A program made the position numbers and the translations under genes. The notes beneath the pieces are model-generated. The model was not told the DNA's origin, searched no databases, and saw only the letters and a program-made list of their open reading frames with translations. DNA of 64,000 nucleotides from Chloroflexota bacterium (GTDB lineage Bacteria; Chloroflexota; Anaerolineae; Anaerolineales; Villigracilaceae): contig JAADGN010000045.1 in the NCBI GenBank assembly GCA_013152325.1, forward strand, positions 18,310 through 82,309. The letters are read 5' to 3'. The stretch's first letter is position 1; every line of letters begins with the position of its first letter. Below are positions 34,154 to 43,069 of this stretch, one piece after another.

Positions 34154-35178
34154 TGACCAAAAACACCTTCCCACCCACCGACAAAAAGGACGACGCCCTG
34201 CTGCGGATAACAGACCTGAAAAAATGGTTCCCGGTACAACAAGGATTCCTGGACCAGGTCCTGTCGAGAAGCAAAGACTATGTGCGTGCTGTGGATGGCG
34301 TTTCGTTCAACTTGCAGCGCGGCGAAGTGCTTGGCCTGGCAGGAGAAAGCGGCAGCGGAAAAACCACGACCGGACGGTTGGCGCTGCGCCTGCTCGAACC
34401 CACGGACGGGCAGATTCTCTTTGACGGGATAGACATCACCCACATAAAAGGCGAACCGCTGCGCAAACTGCGACGGCGGATGCAGGTCGTCTTCCAAGAC
34501 CCCTTCGCCTCGCTCAACCCGCGCATGAGCGTGGGCGACCAGATTGCCCATCCCCACCAACTTCACATCCCGGCCACGCCCGCAGACCGGCGCACCGCCG
34601 TAGAAGGCATGATGGAGCACGTCGGCCTGACGCCCGCCGGACAAATTTACAACAAGTACCCCCACCAACTCTCCGGCGGGCAACGGCAGCGCGCCGTTTT
34701 GGCGCGTGCGCTGATCACCCACCCCGAGCTGATCATCGCTGACGAACCCATCGCCATGGCCGATGTCTCTGTACGCGCCGTGCTGCTGGAACTGATGAAA
34801 GACTTGCAAAGCGAATTTGGCCTGACCTATCTTTTCATCACGCACGACCTGGCGACGGCCAAATACATCTGCGACCGGATCGCCATCATGTATCTGGGAC
34901 AGATCGTGGAAATCGGCGACCTGAAAAAAGTCTACCGCAACCCAACACATCCCTACACCGAAGCCTTGTTGGCCGCCGTCCCCGTCCCAGACCCGAACGC
35001 GCGTCGCCAATATGCCATGCCGCGCGGTGAGATCCCAAACCCCATCAACCCGCCATCAGGCTGCCGCTTCCATCCACGCTGCCCGATCGCAAAGGAAATC
35101 TGCTCGCAAGAAATGCCTGTGCTGAAACCACTGGCCAGCGATCCGGAACATCAAGTGGCCTGCCACTTGCGCGCCTGA
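34150..35178 (+). CDS. ABC transporter ATP-binding protein (DppF/OppF-like)
   Basis: The ATG at 34150 overlaps the upstream TGA. Motifs: [31 protein letters not shown]. Confidence 0.9.
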   Translation: MMTKNTFPPTDKKDDALLRITDLKKWFPVQQGFLDQVLSRSKDYVRAVDGVSFNLQRGEVLGLAGESGSGKTTTGRLALRLLEPTDGQILFDGIDITHIKGEPLRKLRRRMQVVFQDPFASLNPRMSVGDQIAHPHQLHIPATPADRRTAVEGMMEHVGLTPAGQIYNKYPHQLSGGQRQRAVLARALITHPELIIADEPIAMADVSVRAVLLELMKDLQSEFGLTYLFITHDLATAKYICDRIAIMYLGQIVEIGDLKKVYRNPTHPYTEALLAAVPVPDPNARRQYAMPRGEIPNPINPPSGCRFHPRCPIAKEICSQEMPVLKPLASDPEHQVACHLRA

Positions 35179-35186
35179 CAAACCAC

Positions 35187-35217
35187 AAACTCCCTGCTTG
35201 CAAACAGCAGGGAGTTT
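35187..35217 (+). terminator. rho-independent terminator of the peptide ABC operon
   Basis: AAACTCCCTGCT / AGCAGGGAGTTT stem with a 7-nt loop, starting 9 nt after the stop. Confidence 0.65.
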
Positions 35218-35436
35218 CGCATGTGGCATCTTGTAAAAGCGGCTTTCGCAGACCGGCAAGCAGCTGACAACTGGCGTTGCCGGACTCCGGGAAACAGGTC
35301 ACGCTGTTTGCAGCCCCGGCCGACAACCCTTTTGACTCCATCTTCCTTTTCCTGTAAACTTGAAACATCCATCGACGGAAAGCGTACAAAAACCAAAAAA
35401 TATCTCGCCTCATAAACCCGCAAAAAGGAGAATCCC

Positions 35437-36069
35437 ATGCCCGAATCTACCCGACAGATCCTGGACATCCTGCGCGATGGCAGCCACTTCCAGTGGTACG
35501 TCATTCCATTGTTGTCCTTCATCTTCTATGTTTACACGGTTGAAATCGAAAAACGCAACTGGAATCTGGTGTTGGCCGGGCTGGCCTTCTGGGGCATGGA
35601 CTGGTTCAACGAAATCTGGAACGGCCTCGTTCTGCACTTTACCGGCTACGCGCCCGTCTGGGGCACGCCGGGCAGCAGCGCCTTCGTGATCCTGGCCGGC
35701 CTGAATATCGAGATCATGTTCATGTTCGCCGTGGCGGGCATCATCTGGACGAAGATGCTGCTGCCTGACAAAAAAGCCAAGATACTCGGCATCCCCAACC
35801 GCTGGTTCGTCGCCATCGCCGGCTCCGCCTTCAGCGTCTTCGTCGAATACTTTCTCAACGCGGCCAACGCCCTCACCTGGGAATATCCCTGGTGGAATCG
35901 CGGCGCACCCTGGCTGATCTTCCTGTTCGGCTACCTGACCTTCTTCATCGTTGCCTTCTGGGTCTACGACATGGAGGATTTCAAAAAGAAATTGTGGACG
36001 GTGGGCGCGTTGTGGGGCTTCGACATCCTGTGCCTGGTCCTCTTCGTCGGCATTTTGAAATGGATTTAG
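35437..36069 (+). CDS. polytopic membrane protein, unknown function
   Basis: 210 aa with about 6 hydrophobic helices. AAAGGAGAA lies upstream. Confidence 0.7.
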   Translation: MPESTRQILDILRDGSHFQWYVIPLLSFIFYVYTVEIEKRNWNLVLAGLAFWGMDWFNEIWNGLVLHFTGYAPVWGTPGSSAFVILAGLNIEIMFMFAVAGIIWTKMLLPDKKAKILGIPNRWFVAIAGSAFSVFVEYFLNAANALTWEYPWWNRGAPWLIFLFGYLTFFIVAFWVYDMEDFKKKLWTVGALWGFDILCLVLFVGILKWI

Positions 36070-36082
36070 GACGCGTCGCGCG

Positions 36083-36850
36083 ATGATCGAACAGTTTCTC
36101 GCCAAGAATTACAGCGGTGCGCCCTTCCAAATCTTCGGCGGCACACACCTGGCTGCCTTGGTTGTAGTCGTGCTGCTGAATCTGTACCTGTTGGGATACC
36201 GCAAAAAAGGCGAGCCCGCCCGACGCCGCATCCGCCTCGTCATGGCGGCCATTCTCGTCCTGAATGAAATCGGCTGGCACATCTGGAACTACACCACCGG
36301 CCAGTGGAATATCCAGACCATGCTGCCCCTGCACCTGTGCAGCGCCCTTGTCTGGCTGGGCGCGCTGATGCTGGTCACCAAGAGCCAATTCATCTACGAC
36401 TTCGCCTACCTACTGGGCATCGCCGGCGCGCTGCAAGCGCTGTTGACGCCCGATCTGGGCATCTACGGATATCCCCACTATCGTTTCTTCCAAACCTTCA
36501 TCTCGCACGGGCTGATCGTCACATCAGCGATCTACATGACGGTTGTCGAAGAGTTTCGCCCCACGTGGAGGTCGCTTTTGCGCGTGCTGGTTTGGGGCAA
36601 CATTTACATGGCCGCCGTTTTCGGGATCAACCAACTCATCGGCAGCAACTATCTCTACATCGCCCACAAACCGGAGACAGCCAGCCTGCTCGACGTGCTC
36701 CCGCCCTGGCCCTGGTACATCCTGTGGATCGAGGCGATTGGCATCGTCAGCACGTTGCTGCTCTACTCCCCCTTCGCCATCAAAGACTGGCGCGATAAGC
36801 GCAGAATGAAACGGGCGGGTGCGTCACGTCTTGACGAAATTCTTTCTTAA
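36083..36850 (+). CDS. YwaF/TIGR02206-like membrane protein
   Basis: 255 aa. The LPLHLCSALVWL motif and overall pattern are as I recall for the YwaF family. Confidence 0.65.
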   Translation: MIEQFLAKNYSGAPFQIFGGTHLAALVVVVLLNLYLLGYRKKGEPARRRIRLVMAAILVLNEIGWHIWNYTTGQWNIQTMLPLHLCSALVWLGALMLVTKSQFIYDFAYLLGIAGALQALLTPDLGIYGYPHYRFFQTFISHGLIVTSAIYMTVVEEFRPTWRSLLRVLVWGNIYMAAVFGINQLIGSNYLYIAHKPETASLLDVLPPWPWYILWIEAIGIVSTLLLYSPFAIKDWRDKRRMKRAGASRLDEILS

Positions 36851-36858
36851 GGTAGAAT
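36831..36858 (+). promoter_or_regulatory. promoter of the intron-containing tRNA-Leu gene
   Basis: TTGACG-16-TAGAAT, ending 16 nt before tRNA position 1. It has the same GGTAGAATTAC context as the promoter at 40129. Confidence 0.6.
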
Positions 36859-36909
36859 TACCTCCGCATCGCATGGGGCGATGGCGGAATTGGCAGACGC
36901 AGCGGACTT

Positions 36910-37612
36910 TAACAATTTGAGCGCCAGGACAGGAAACTTCCTGCGTGGATTCAGTCAAATTCGGGGAACCCTCAGCGCGTAATGGCGGTGGCAATCCCGA
37001 GCCAAGTTTTTTGCTGTTGACTTTTTGTCGCGTTCTACGGAATTTGTAAATGCCAAGAAAAAGAAAGTATTCCGACGAACAACTCATCAACGCGGTACAG
37101 AATAGTCAATCAATACGCTCTGTGTTGCAAAAGATTGGGTTAACTCCGGCTGGAGGAAATTACGAATCGATCAAAAAACGCATCCACGAATTAGGGATCG
37201 ATACGTCTCATTTTCTCGGTCAGGCTATTCTAAAAGGCAAAACTCACACATACGGCACTCGCCCGCTAGAAGACATCTTGGTCCACAAGAAACTAGAAAA
37301 TACGTGGAGATTGAAAAAGAGACTTCTTGTAGAACACATCAAAGAGCACCGTTGTGAGAAATGCCGAGGAACAGAATGGCAAGGAGAACCAATCCCCCTC
37401 GAACTCCATCACAAAGACGGAGATCGAACCAACAACACACTGCAAAATATTGAACTCTTGTGTCCTAATTGTCACGCACTCACAGACAATTATAGAGGCG
37501 GCAAAAAAAAGGTGTAGAGACTTGACGGCTGAGACCTAAGGCAGACACCTATGGTCAAGAGAAAGTCCAGACTACAAACTTCTCATAAGGTAGCGAAAGC
37601 TATAGTGGTAAG
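36910..37612 (+). mobile_element. group I intron (cyanobacterial/plastid tRNA-Leu intron type) carrying a homing-endonuclease ORF
   Basis: The 5' exon ends in U and the intron ends in G. Core blocks match the Anabaena tRNA-Leu intron as I remember it: TTGAGC...GTGGAT...GGGGAACC...GGCAATCCCGAGCCAAG, then after the ORF AGAGACTTGACGG...GTAGCGAAAGCT. Confidence 0.75.
37050..37517 (+). CDS. HNH homing endonuclease encoded inside the group I intron
   Basis: 155 aa. HNH core is CEKCRGTEW...ELHHKDGDRTNNTLQNIELLCPNCH. AT-richer codon usage than flanking genes. The stop overlaps the intron 3' core. Confidence 0.8.
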   Translation: MPRKRKYSDEQLINAVQNSQSIRSVLQKIGLTPAGGNYESIKKRIHELGIDTSHFLGQAILKGKTHTYGTRPLEDILVHKKLENTWRLKKRLLVEHIKEHRCEKCRGTEWQGEPIPLELHHKDGDRTNNTLQNIELLCPNCHALTDNYRGGKKKV

Positions 37613-37665
37613 AAAATCCGCCGGTGGCAACACCTTGTGGGTTCGATCCCCACTCGCCCTACCAA

Positions 37666-37700
37666 AAACCCCGCTCCAAATGGAGCGGGGTTTCATTTTT
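37666..37700 (+). terminator. rho-independent terminator after tRNA-Leu
   Basis: AAACCCCGCTCC / GGAGCGGGGTTT stem, AAAT loop, then CATTTTTG. Confidence 0.8.
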
Positions 37701-37706
37701 GCACCG

Positions 37707-38465
37707 CTAATGTACTTCGCCGACCACTTCCCCTTCGCGTCTGTCCTCCCAAGGGTAGGCTTCGAACTCCTTCGCCGCCGCGCGGATGGCGGGGTCGTCA
37801 GAGTACACGCCACGCTTCTCCTGCGGCAGCAGCTCTGCAACCCGGCGCATGATCTCGTGGCCGATCTCATCCAACTGACGGCGGCGCTCACGTCCGCGCC
37901 CGGTCACGCTGAAGGGACCGAACGGTTTCCCAATCCGAAAAGCGATCTTCGCCCGCTTGCCAAGGCGCAGCGGGAAGATATCGTTCAAGCCAACCAGGCC
38001 GACGGGCAGCAAGCGCGCGCCCGTCCGTGCAGCCAGATAGGCCGTGCCAGGGCGCGCCGGACGCAACACCTCGGCCCAACTGCCCCCCTCGGGGAAGATT
38101 CCCAACTTCCCTCCGCGTACGAGCACCTTTTCCGCCGCCTTCAACGCGCCACGCGAGCCTGTCCCGCGATAGAGCGGATAATAGCCCCACAGGGCAGGGA
38201 TGAACTTGACAGCGCCCGGCGCATGGGGCATGTCCGCCCCGCCGACAAACTCCAGCGGCCAGGAAAAAAGCCGCACGAAAGCCACCGGGTCGGCAAAGCT
38301 GAAGTGGTTGCCCACGACCAGGAGCGGCTCCGCTTTCGGGATATTCCCCTGCCCGACGATCTCCAAATCCGCCAGCAAGCCAAAAGCCGCAATGGAAAGT
38401 TTATGCAAAATGGAGCGCAGCACGCGCCGACGGGGGTATTTGAAATCCACGCTGTGAGCAGACAT
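37707..38465 (-). CDS. lysophospholipid (1-acyl-glycerol-3-phosphate) acyltransferase family protein
   Basis: The ATG at 38465 gives MSAHSV... NHFSFAD (HX4D) and FPEGG motifs are present. Confidence 0.8.
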   Translation of the reverse strand: MSAHSVDFKYPRRRVLRSILHKLSIAAFGLLADLEIVGQGNIPKAEPLLVVGNHFSFADPVAFVRLFSWPLEFVGGADMPHAPGAVKFIPALWGYYPLYRGTGSRGALKAAEKVLVRGGKLGIFPEGGSWAEVLRPARPGTAYLAARTGARLLPVGLVGLNDIFPLRLGKRAKIAFRIGKPFGPFSVTGRGRERRRQLDEIGHEIMRRVAELLPQEKRGVYSDDPAIRAAAKEFEAYPWEDRREGEVVGEVH

Positions 38466-38472
38466 GGTTGGT

Positions 38473-39807
38473 TTACGCCCGACTTGCACCAAGTTCCGCG
38501 GCGTACTCTTGTGCGGTCCGCTTTGCGCGCTGTTCGTCAACGGACAGCAGAAGCCCCAGCCCCACAAACAGGAACACCAGGATGGACGCAATGGCTATGC
38601 GCTGCCCCGTCTGTTCAGCCAGCAAAGTCGTCATGCCCCGCCGTTCGAACCAGAAAGCCGCCGAGGCCGCCAGCAGGCCATAGATGGTGGGGCCAATGAA
38701 CGAAGATGTACGCCCGGCCACGGAAAAGAAACCAAAAAATTCGGCGCTTTGCCCGGCAGGGGCAAACATGCCGACCATCGTCCGGCTGACAGACTGGACG
38801 CCGGTCAGCGCAAATCCGGCCAGCGCTCCAATCAGGAAAAAGCCATTCAGGGTTTGGTTAAAGAGCATCCACGTTACCGCACCGGCCATCAACAAGATGG
38901 CCGACACCAACGACCGCTTGTAGCCAATCCGGTCGCCGAGCACGGCAAAGGCGTAGGCTCCCGCCACACTGGTCACCTGAACGATGATCATGAAGATGAT
39001 CAACTGCGTCTGATCCATGCCATACAACACCGCGCCGATAATGGCAGCAAAATCAAGGGCCATGAGAATGCCGTCGTTATAAATCAGGAACGCGACGATA
39101 AACTTGATGAACTCCCGAAAGCGGCGAACCGCCTTGAGGGTCCGGGCGAGACGCTTGAAGCCGATGGTCAGATAATTTTCACCGACAGGGAGTTCCTGAG
39201 AGCGGGCGCGTTCCTTGATCCAGAAAAAGGTCGGAATGGCCGCCGCAGCGAAGAACAGGGCCGTGAACGGCAGGGAAAGCCGTACGGGGAGCGTCGTTCC
39301 CTTGATAAGCACGATGGGCGGCAGGATGATGAGCAGGGCCAGGATCCCGCCCAACGATCCGATCGCCCATCCTTTCCCGGAGACACGCCCCATCTCTTCG
39401 GGAGAAGCGATCTCCGGAAGCAGCGAGTTATAGAAAACCTGCCCGGCGCGATAGCCAATTTCTGCCAAAATGAAGAACAGCATCCCGATGAAAATATCCC
39501 CTTTCCGGACGAAGAAAAGCAGCGCCGTGAACACCCACGTAACAGATGAGAACAGGAAAAGGAATTTCTTTTTCGAGGCCGAGAAATCGGCAATTGACCC
39601 AAGGATGGGAGAGATGACCGCCACGACCAACATGGCGATGCCGACGGAGATGCCCCACAGCCGGGAGCCCTCTGCGCCGCCAACGACCTCGCCTTTAAAA
39701 TAAGCCGAGTAGATGGCGAGCAACACGACCGCCGCGTAAGCCGAGTTCCCAAAATCGTACAGATACCAGGCGCGGTGTTCGCGGTTAGCTGGTTTTTTCT
39801 TTGCCAT
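38473..39807 (-). CDS. MFS transporter (UMF1/Atg22-like)
   Basis: 444 aa with about 12 helices. The N-terminal WYLYDFGNSAY motif is typical of the UMF1 family. Confidence 0.8.
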   Translation of the reverse strand: MAKKKPANREHRAWYLYDFGNSAYAAVVLLAIYSAYFKGEVVGGAEGSRLWGISVGIAMLVVAVISPILGSIADFSASKKKFLFLFSSVTWVFTALLFFVRKGDIFIGMLFFILAEIGYRAGQVFYNSLLPEIASPEEMGRVSGKGWAIGSLGGILALLIILPPIVLIKGTTLPVRLSLPFTALFFAAAAIPTFFWIKERARSQELPVGENYLTIGFKRLARTLKAVRRFREFIKFIVAFLIYNDGILMALDFAAIIGAVLYGMDQTQLIIFMIIVQVTSVAGAYAFAVLGDRIGYKRSLVSAILLMAGAVTWMLFNQTLNGFFLIGALAGFALTGVQSVSRTMVGMFAPAGQSAEFFGFFSVAGRTSSFIGPTIYGLLAASAAFWFERRGMTTLLAEQTGQRIAIASILVFLFVGLGLLLSVDEQRAKRTAQEYAAELGASRA

Positions 39808-40128
39808 AAGTCCGTCCTTTCAGATGGGAGATGTCATATTTTACCAAGATTCCTTCGTTCCTGACTTGCGAAGCAATTGCGGACTTCCACTTCTTTTACA
39901 CCGTGATTAACCCCAATCCCCTGGCAGCAGTTTCGTAGAAACCCGCATTGACAAGGAAGCATCAGGGCTCTCAAAAAAGGCCGACCAAGCGCCTGTTTTT
40001 TTGCCACGGATTTCACGGATTGGACAGATGCTTCTGTTTCTCCCCGGAAGGATTCTCCGTCGTTGCCACCTCCCAAACGTTGATGAGCTGCCACTTTTGG
40101 AAAGCACCGGAGGAAGCGTCTCCCCGCC

Positions 40129-40156
40129 TTGACGGAATCGGTGCTTAGGGTAGAAT
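40129..40156 (+). promoter_or_regulatory. promoter upstream of dgt-greA
   Basis: TTGACG-16-TAGAAT, about 85 nt upstream of the ATG at 40241. Confidence 0.55.
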
Positions 40157-40240
40157 TACGTTCACTCACGTCCATGGCGGGGGCCTCGCGCCCCCGTCCA
40201 ATGTTTGCACCATGCTGCAAAACAGTGAAAGAGAAACAAG

Positions 40241-41392
40241 ATGTACTTCGACCGACAAAAATTGGAAGAAATAGAAGACCGAAGCCTGGCCCCCTACGGG
40301 ATGCGCAGCAAAAACTCGAAAGGCCGCGCCTACCTGGGAAGCGAGCCGGCCTACCGCACCGCCTTTCAACGTGACCGCGACCGCATCCTGCACACCACCG
40401 CCTTCCGCCGCCTGGAATACAAAACCCAGGTTTTCATCAATTACGAAGGCGACTACTTCCGCACCCGCCTGACCCACACCCTCGAAGTCGCCCAAATCGG
40501 ACGCACTATCGCCCGCTCTCTGGGCGGCAACGAAGACCTGATCGAGGCCATCTGCCTGGCGCACGACCTGGGTCATCCCGCCTTTGGGCACTCCGGGGAA
40601 GTGGCGCTCAGCCGCCTGATGAAAGACCACAACGGCTTCGACCACAACAAGCAATCGCTGCGCATCGTCACAAAACTGGAACAACGTTATCCCGAATTTC
40701 CCGGCCTGAACCTGACCTGGGAAGTGCGCGAGGGCATCGTCAAACACGAATCGGAATATGACGTCTCAGACGCGTCGGACTATGACCCCGACCTGCGCGG
40801 CAACCTGGAAACCCAGATCGCCAACGTCGCCGACGAACTGGCCTACACCGCTCACGACCTGGACGACGGCCTGCGTTCCGGCATGATCATCCCTTCGCAG
40901 CTGGAAGGCATCGCACTATGGGAGATCCTGGCCGAGACCTTCAACTGGCGCGGCCCTGTCCTGGACGAAATGGCGCGCCACCGCATGATCCGGCACCTGA
41001 TCGGAACGGAAGTAAGCGACCTGGTAAAAGCCACCGACGCGCGCATCAAGGAAAGCGGCGCCCGCTCACCGGAAGACATCCAGCGTCTGCCGCACAACGT
41101 GATCGGACACAGTGAAGACATGCACCGCCGAAACCGCGAACTAAAGGACTTCCTATACGACAAACTGTATCGCCACCCACGCGTCGTACGCATGGCTGTC
41201 AAGGCGGAACGCATCATCAGCGACCTGTTCCACGCCTACCTGGACGAACCAGCCATTCTACCCAAACACGTTCAAGGCTTCATTGAGCAGCGTGGACTTG
41301 AGCGTACCGTCTGCGATTACATCGCCGGAATGACCGACCGTTACGCCGTAGATGAACACCGCAAACTCTTTGACCCAAGCCGAAAACCGTAA
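40241..41392 (+). CDS. dgt: dGTP triphosphohydrolase-like HD-domain protein
   Basis: FQRDRDRILHTTAFRRLEYKTQVF and HDLGHPAFGH motifs. Confidence 0.9.
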   Translation: MYFDRQKLEEIEDRSLAPYGMRSKNSKGRAYLGSEPAYRTAFQRDRDRILHTTAFRRLEYKTQVFINYEGDYFRTRLTHTLEVAQIGRTIARSLGGNEDLIEAICLAHDLGHPAFGHSGEVALSRLMKDHNGFDHNKQSLRIVTKLEQRYPEFPGLNLTWEVREGIVKHESEYDVSDASDYDPDLRGNLETQIANVADELAYTAHDLDDGLRSGMIIPSQLEGIALWEILAETFNWRGPVLDEMARHRMIRHLIGTEVSDLVKATDARIKESGARSPEDIQRLPHNVIGHSEDMHRRNRELKDFLYDKLYRHPRVVRMAVKAERIISDLFHAYLDEPAILPKHVQGFIEQRGLERTVCDYIAGMTDRYAVDEHRKLFDPSRKP

Positions 41393-41411
41393 CCGCAGAG
41401 GTAACCTTGCT

Positions 41412-41882
41412 ATGCCCGATACTCCTCATTATTTAACGCCCGAAGGTGCAGCCCGCCTGAAAGCCGAACTCGAAGATCTGAAAGGTCCACAGCGTGAAGC
41501 GCTGGCCAAGCGCCTGCGTTCCGCCATTCAAATGGGCGATCTCTCAGAAAACGCCGATTACCACAAAGCCAAGGAAGACCAGGGCTTTCTCGAAGGACGC
41601 ATCCAGGAGCTGCAATACATTCTGGGCAACGCGATCATCATCGAAGACGACGGCAAGCCGCGCGATGTGGTAACCGTCGGCGCGCGCGTGACCATCCAGG
41701 AAGGCGATTACCCTCCCGAGACCTACCACCTGGTCGGCGTGAAGGAGGCCGATCCGCCCAACGGAAAGATTTCCCATGCATCCCCCATCGGGCGCGCGCT
41801 GCTCGATCACCGCGTCGGGGACGAGGTCGAAGCCGACGCTCCCGGCGGGAAGATCAAATTCAAGATACTCAAGATCGAATAA
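41412..41882 (+). CDS. greA: transcription elongation factor GreA
   Basis: MPDTPHYLTPEGAARLKAELEDLKG...GDLSENADYHKAKEDQ...ISHASPIGRALL. Confidence 0.9.
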   Translation: MPDTPHYLTPEGAARLKAELEDLKGPQREALAKRLRSAIQMGDLSENADYHKAKEDQGFLEGRIQELQYILGNAIIIEDDGKPRDVVTVGARVTIQEGDYPPETYHLVGVKEADPPNGKISHASPIGRALLDHRVGDEVEADAPGGKIKFKILKIE

Positions 41883-41920
41883 ACTTGAAACTGTGATCCA
41901 CTGAAATTCAAAACAAAAAA

Positions 41921-41951
41921 GAACCGCTGCCTTGTCCACCAGCAGCGGTTC
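41921..41951. terminator. bidirectional terminator between greA and the convergent membrane-protein gene
   Basis: GAACCGCTGC / GCAGCGGTTC stem flanked by an A-run (41914-41920) and a T-run (41952-41956). Confidence 0.7.
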
Positions 41952-41975
41952 TTTTTCTTTTCTCGTTTTCCCTTT

Positions 41976-42986
41976 TTATCCCTCTTTCGGCCAAACCGCC
42001 AATTCAAGCGTGAGCCTTTCAAGATAACTGCTCGGCGGCAAGGGGCCTGTGCCGTATTCCATATCCGCGATGGTTGCCAATAATTGCAACGTATCCGTTT
42101 CCAAAACAATCTGCTTCTGCGGCTCGACCAGCACCAGTTCCCCTTTGGCTTCCAGTCGCTGCCGGATGGCCGGGTCGTTATAAGCATGTTCCGTCATCAG
42201 CACCTTGGTGGCCGTCTTGATGTCATTCTTGTCAAACAGCCATACTTCAATGGCAGTGACCTTTTTGGGGTCGCCGACGCCAATCGTCTCCGAGATGCCA
42301 ACGCCGTACTCGCCCATAAATTCGCCGGCCTGCGAGTCGATGCTGAACGACTCGTCATACAGGTCGTCTCCCAGAACATAGGTCGTCATTGACTGTGTTA
42401 CGGGCGTGGCAAGGCCCAATGTCTCGAAATTGGTATGCTCGGCCTGCTGGCTGAGTTTTTGCGCCTGCATGGCAGGGGTGGAAGAACCGCCAGGTTTGGA
42501 CAGCGGACGCAACAAACGAAAAGCGAAGAATACAACCGCCAGCACTGCCAACACGCCCACGACGATGATCCCATATTTGAGATACGGAGACCTTGACGCC
42601 GGCGCGTTGTCCGTCGCTCCGGGCGTTGCCGATGGAATCGGCACCGATCCCCCAACCGCATCCATCAGCAGGCTGAACGTATTGATCGCAGCCTGATCCT
42701 GTCCGTTTGGAGATGCTTTGATCTCGTCAAGGCGCAACTGCGCGTTCTCCCCCAGCAACTGCCAGCGCTGAAAGGCCAAGTCGGGGTCGCCATTGACCGA
42801 GAAAGAATCGATCGCCATGCGCAGGTAGTCCTCCTGATAGTCGGAGCGCAAGATATCCGGCGCGGCGTCAACCCATTCAACCGGCTGGATCACCCAGCCC
42901 CACAGCAAACCCAGCGCCAGTCCGGCAATACCGCCTGCCAGCGCGGCGACGATCGGCTTCCTTAACTGCTCAAGAATTGGATTCAT
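41976..42986 (-). CDS. membrane-anchored protein, unknown function
   Basis: MNPILEQLRKPIVAALAGGIAGLALGLLWGW anchor, a second helix mid-protein, and no recognised motif. Confidence 0.6.
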   Translation of the reverse strand: MNPILEQLRKPIVAALAGGIAGLALGLLWGWVIQPVEWVDAAPDILRSDYQEDYLRMAIDSFSVNGDPDLAFQRWQLLGENAQLRLDEIKASPNGQDQAAINTFSLLMDAVGGSVPIPSATPGATDNAPASRSPYLKYGIIVVGVLAVLAVVFFAFRLLRPLSKPGGSSTPAMQAQKLSQQAEHTNFETLGLATPVTQSMTTYVLGDDLYDESFSIDSQAGEFMGEYGVGISETIGVGDPKKVTAIEVWLFDKNDIKTATKVLMTEHAYNDPAIRQRLEAKGELVLVEPQKQIVLETDTLQLLATIADMEYGTGPLPPSSYLERLTLELAVWPKEG

Positions 42987-43069
42987 ACGTTGTCCTTTCA
43001 AAGAACAAATGAGCGGCGATGCTCCCATTATACAAGAATCTTAGCAGATAAGCCAACTTTTTATTGACT

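Larger units (their letters stand above)
36875..37664 (+). tRNA. tRNA-Leu(UAA) split by a 703-nt group I intron between U34 and A35
   Basis: 5' exon 36875-36909: GGGGCGATGGCGGAATTGGCAGACGCAGCGGACTT. 3' exon 37613-37664: AAAATCCGC + long variable arm CGGTGGCAACACCTT + GTGGGTTCGATCCCCAC + TCGCCCT-A-CCA. All stems pair, with a G1-U72 wobble. Confidence 0.85.

Noticed and set aside
37551-39549. Plus-strand ORFs of 382 and 361 aa
   Set aside because: They are antisense to the acyltransferase and MFS genes. The first would also run through the tRNA-Leu 3' exon and its terminator.
39808-40128. About 320 nt of apparently empty intergenic DNA between the MFS gene and the dgt promoter, including a CACGGATTT/CACGGATTG tandem and an A6...T7-flanked weak stem
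   Set aside because: I found no convincing promoter plus terminator pair, no conserved ncRNA signature I recognise (not SRP, 6S, tmRNA or RNase P) and no ORF with an RBS. It is left unannotated.
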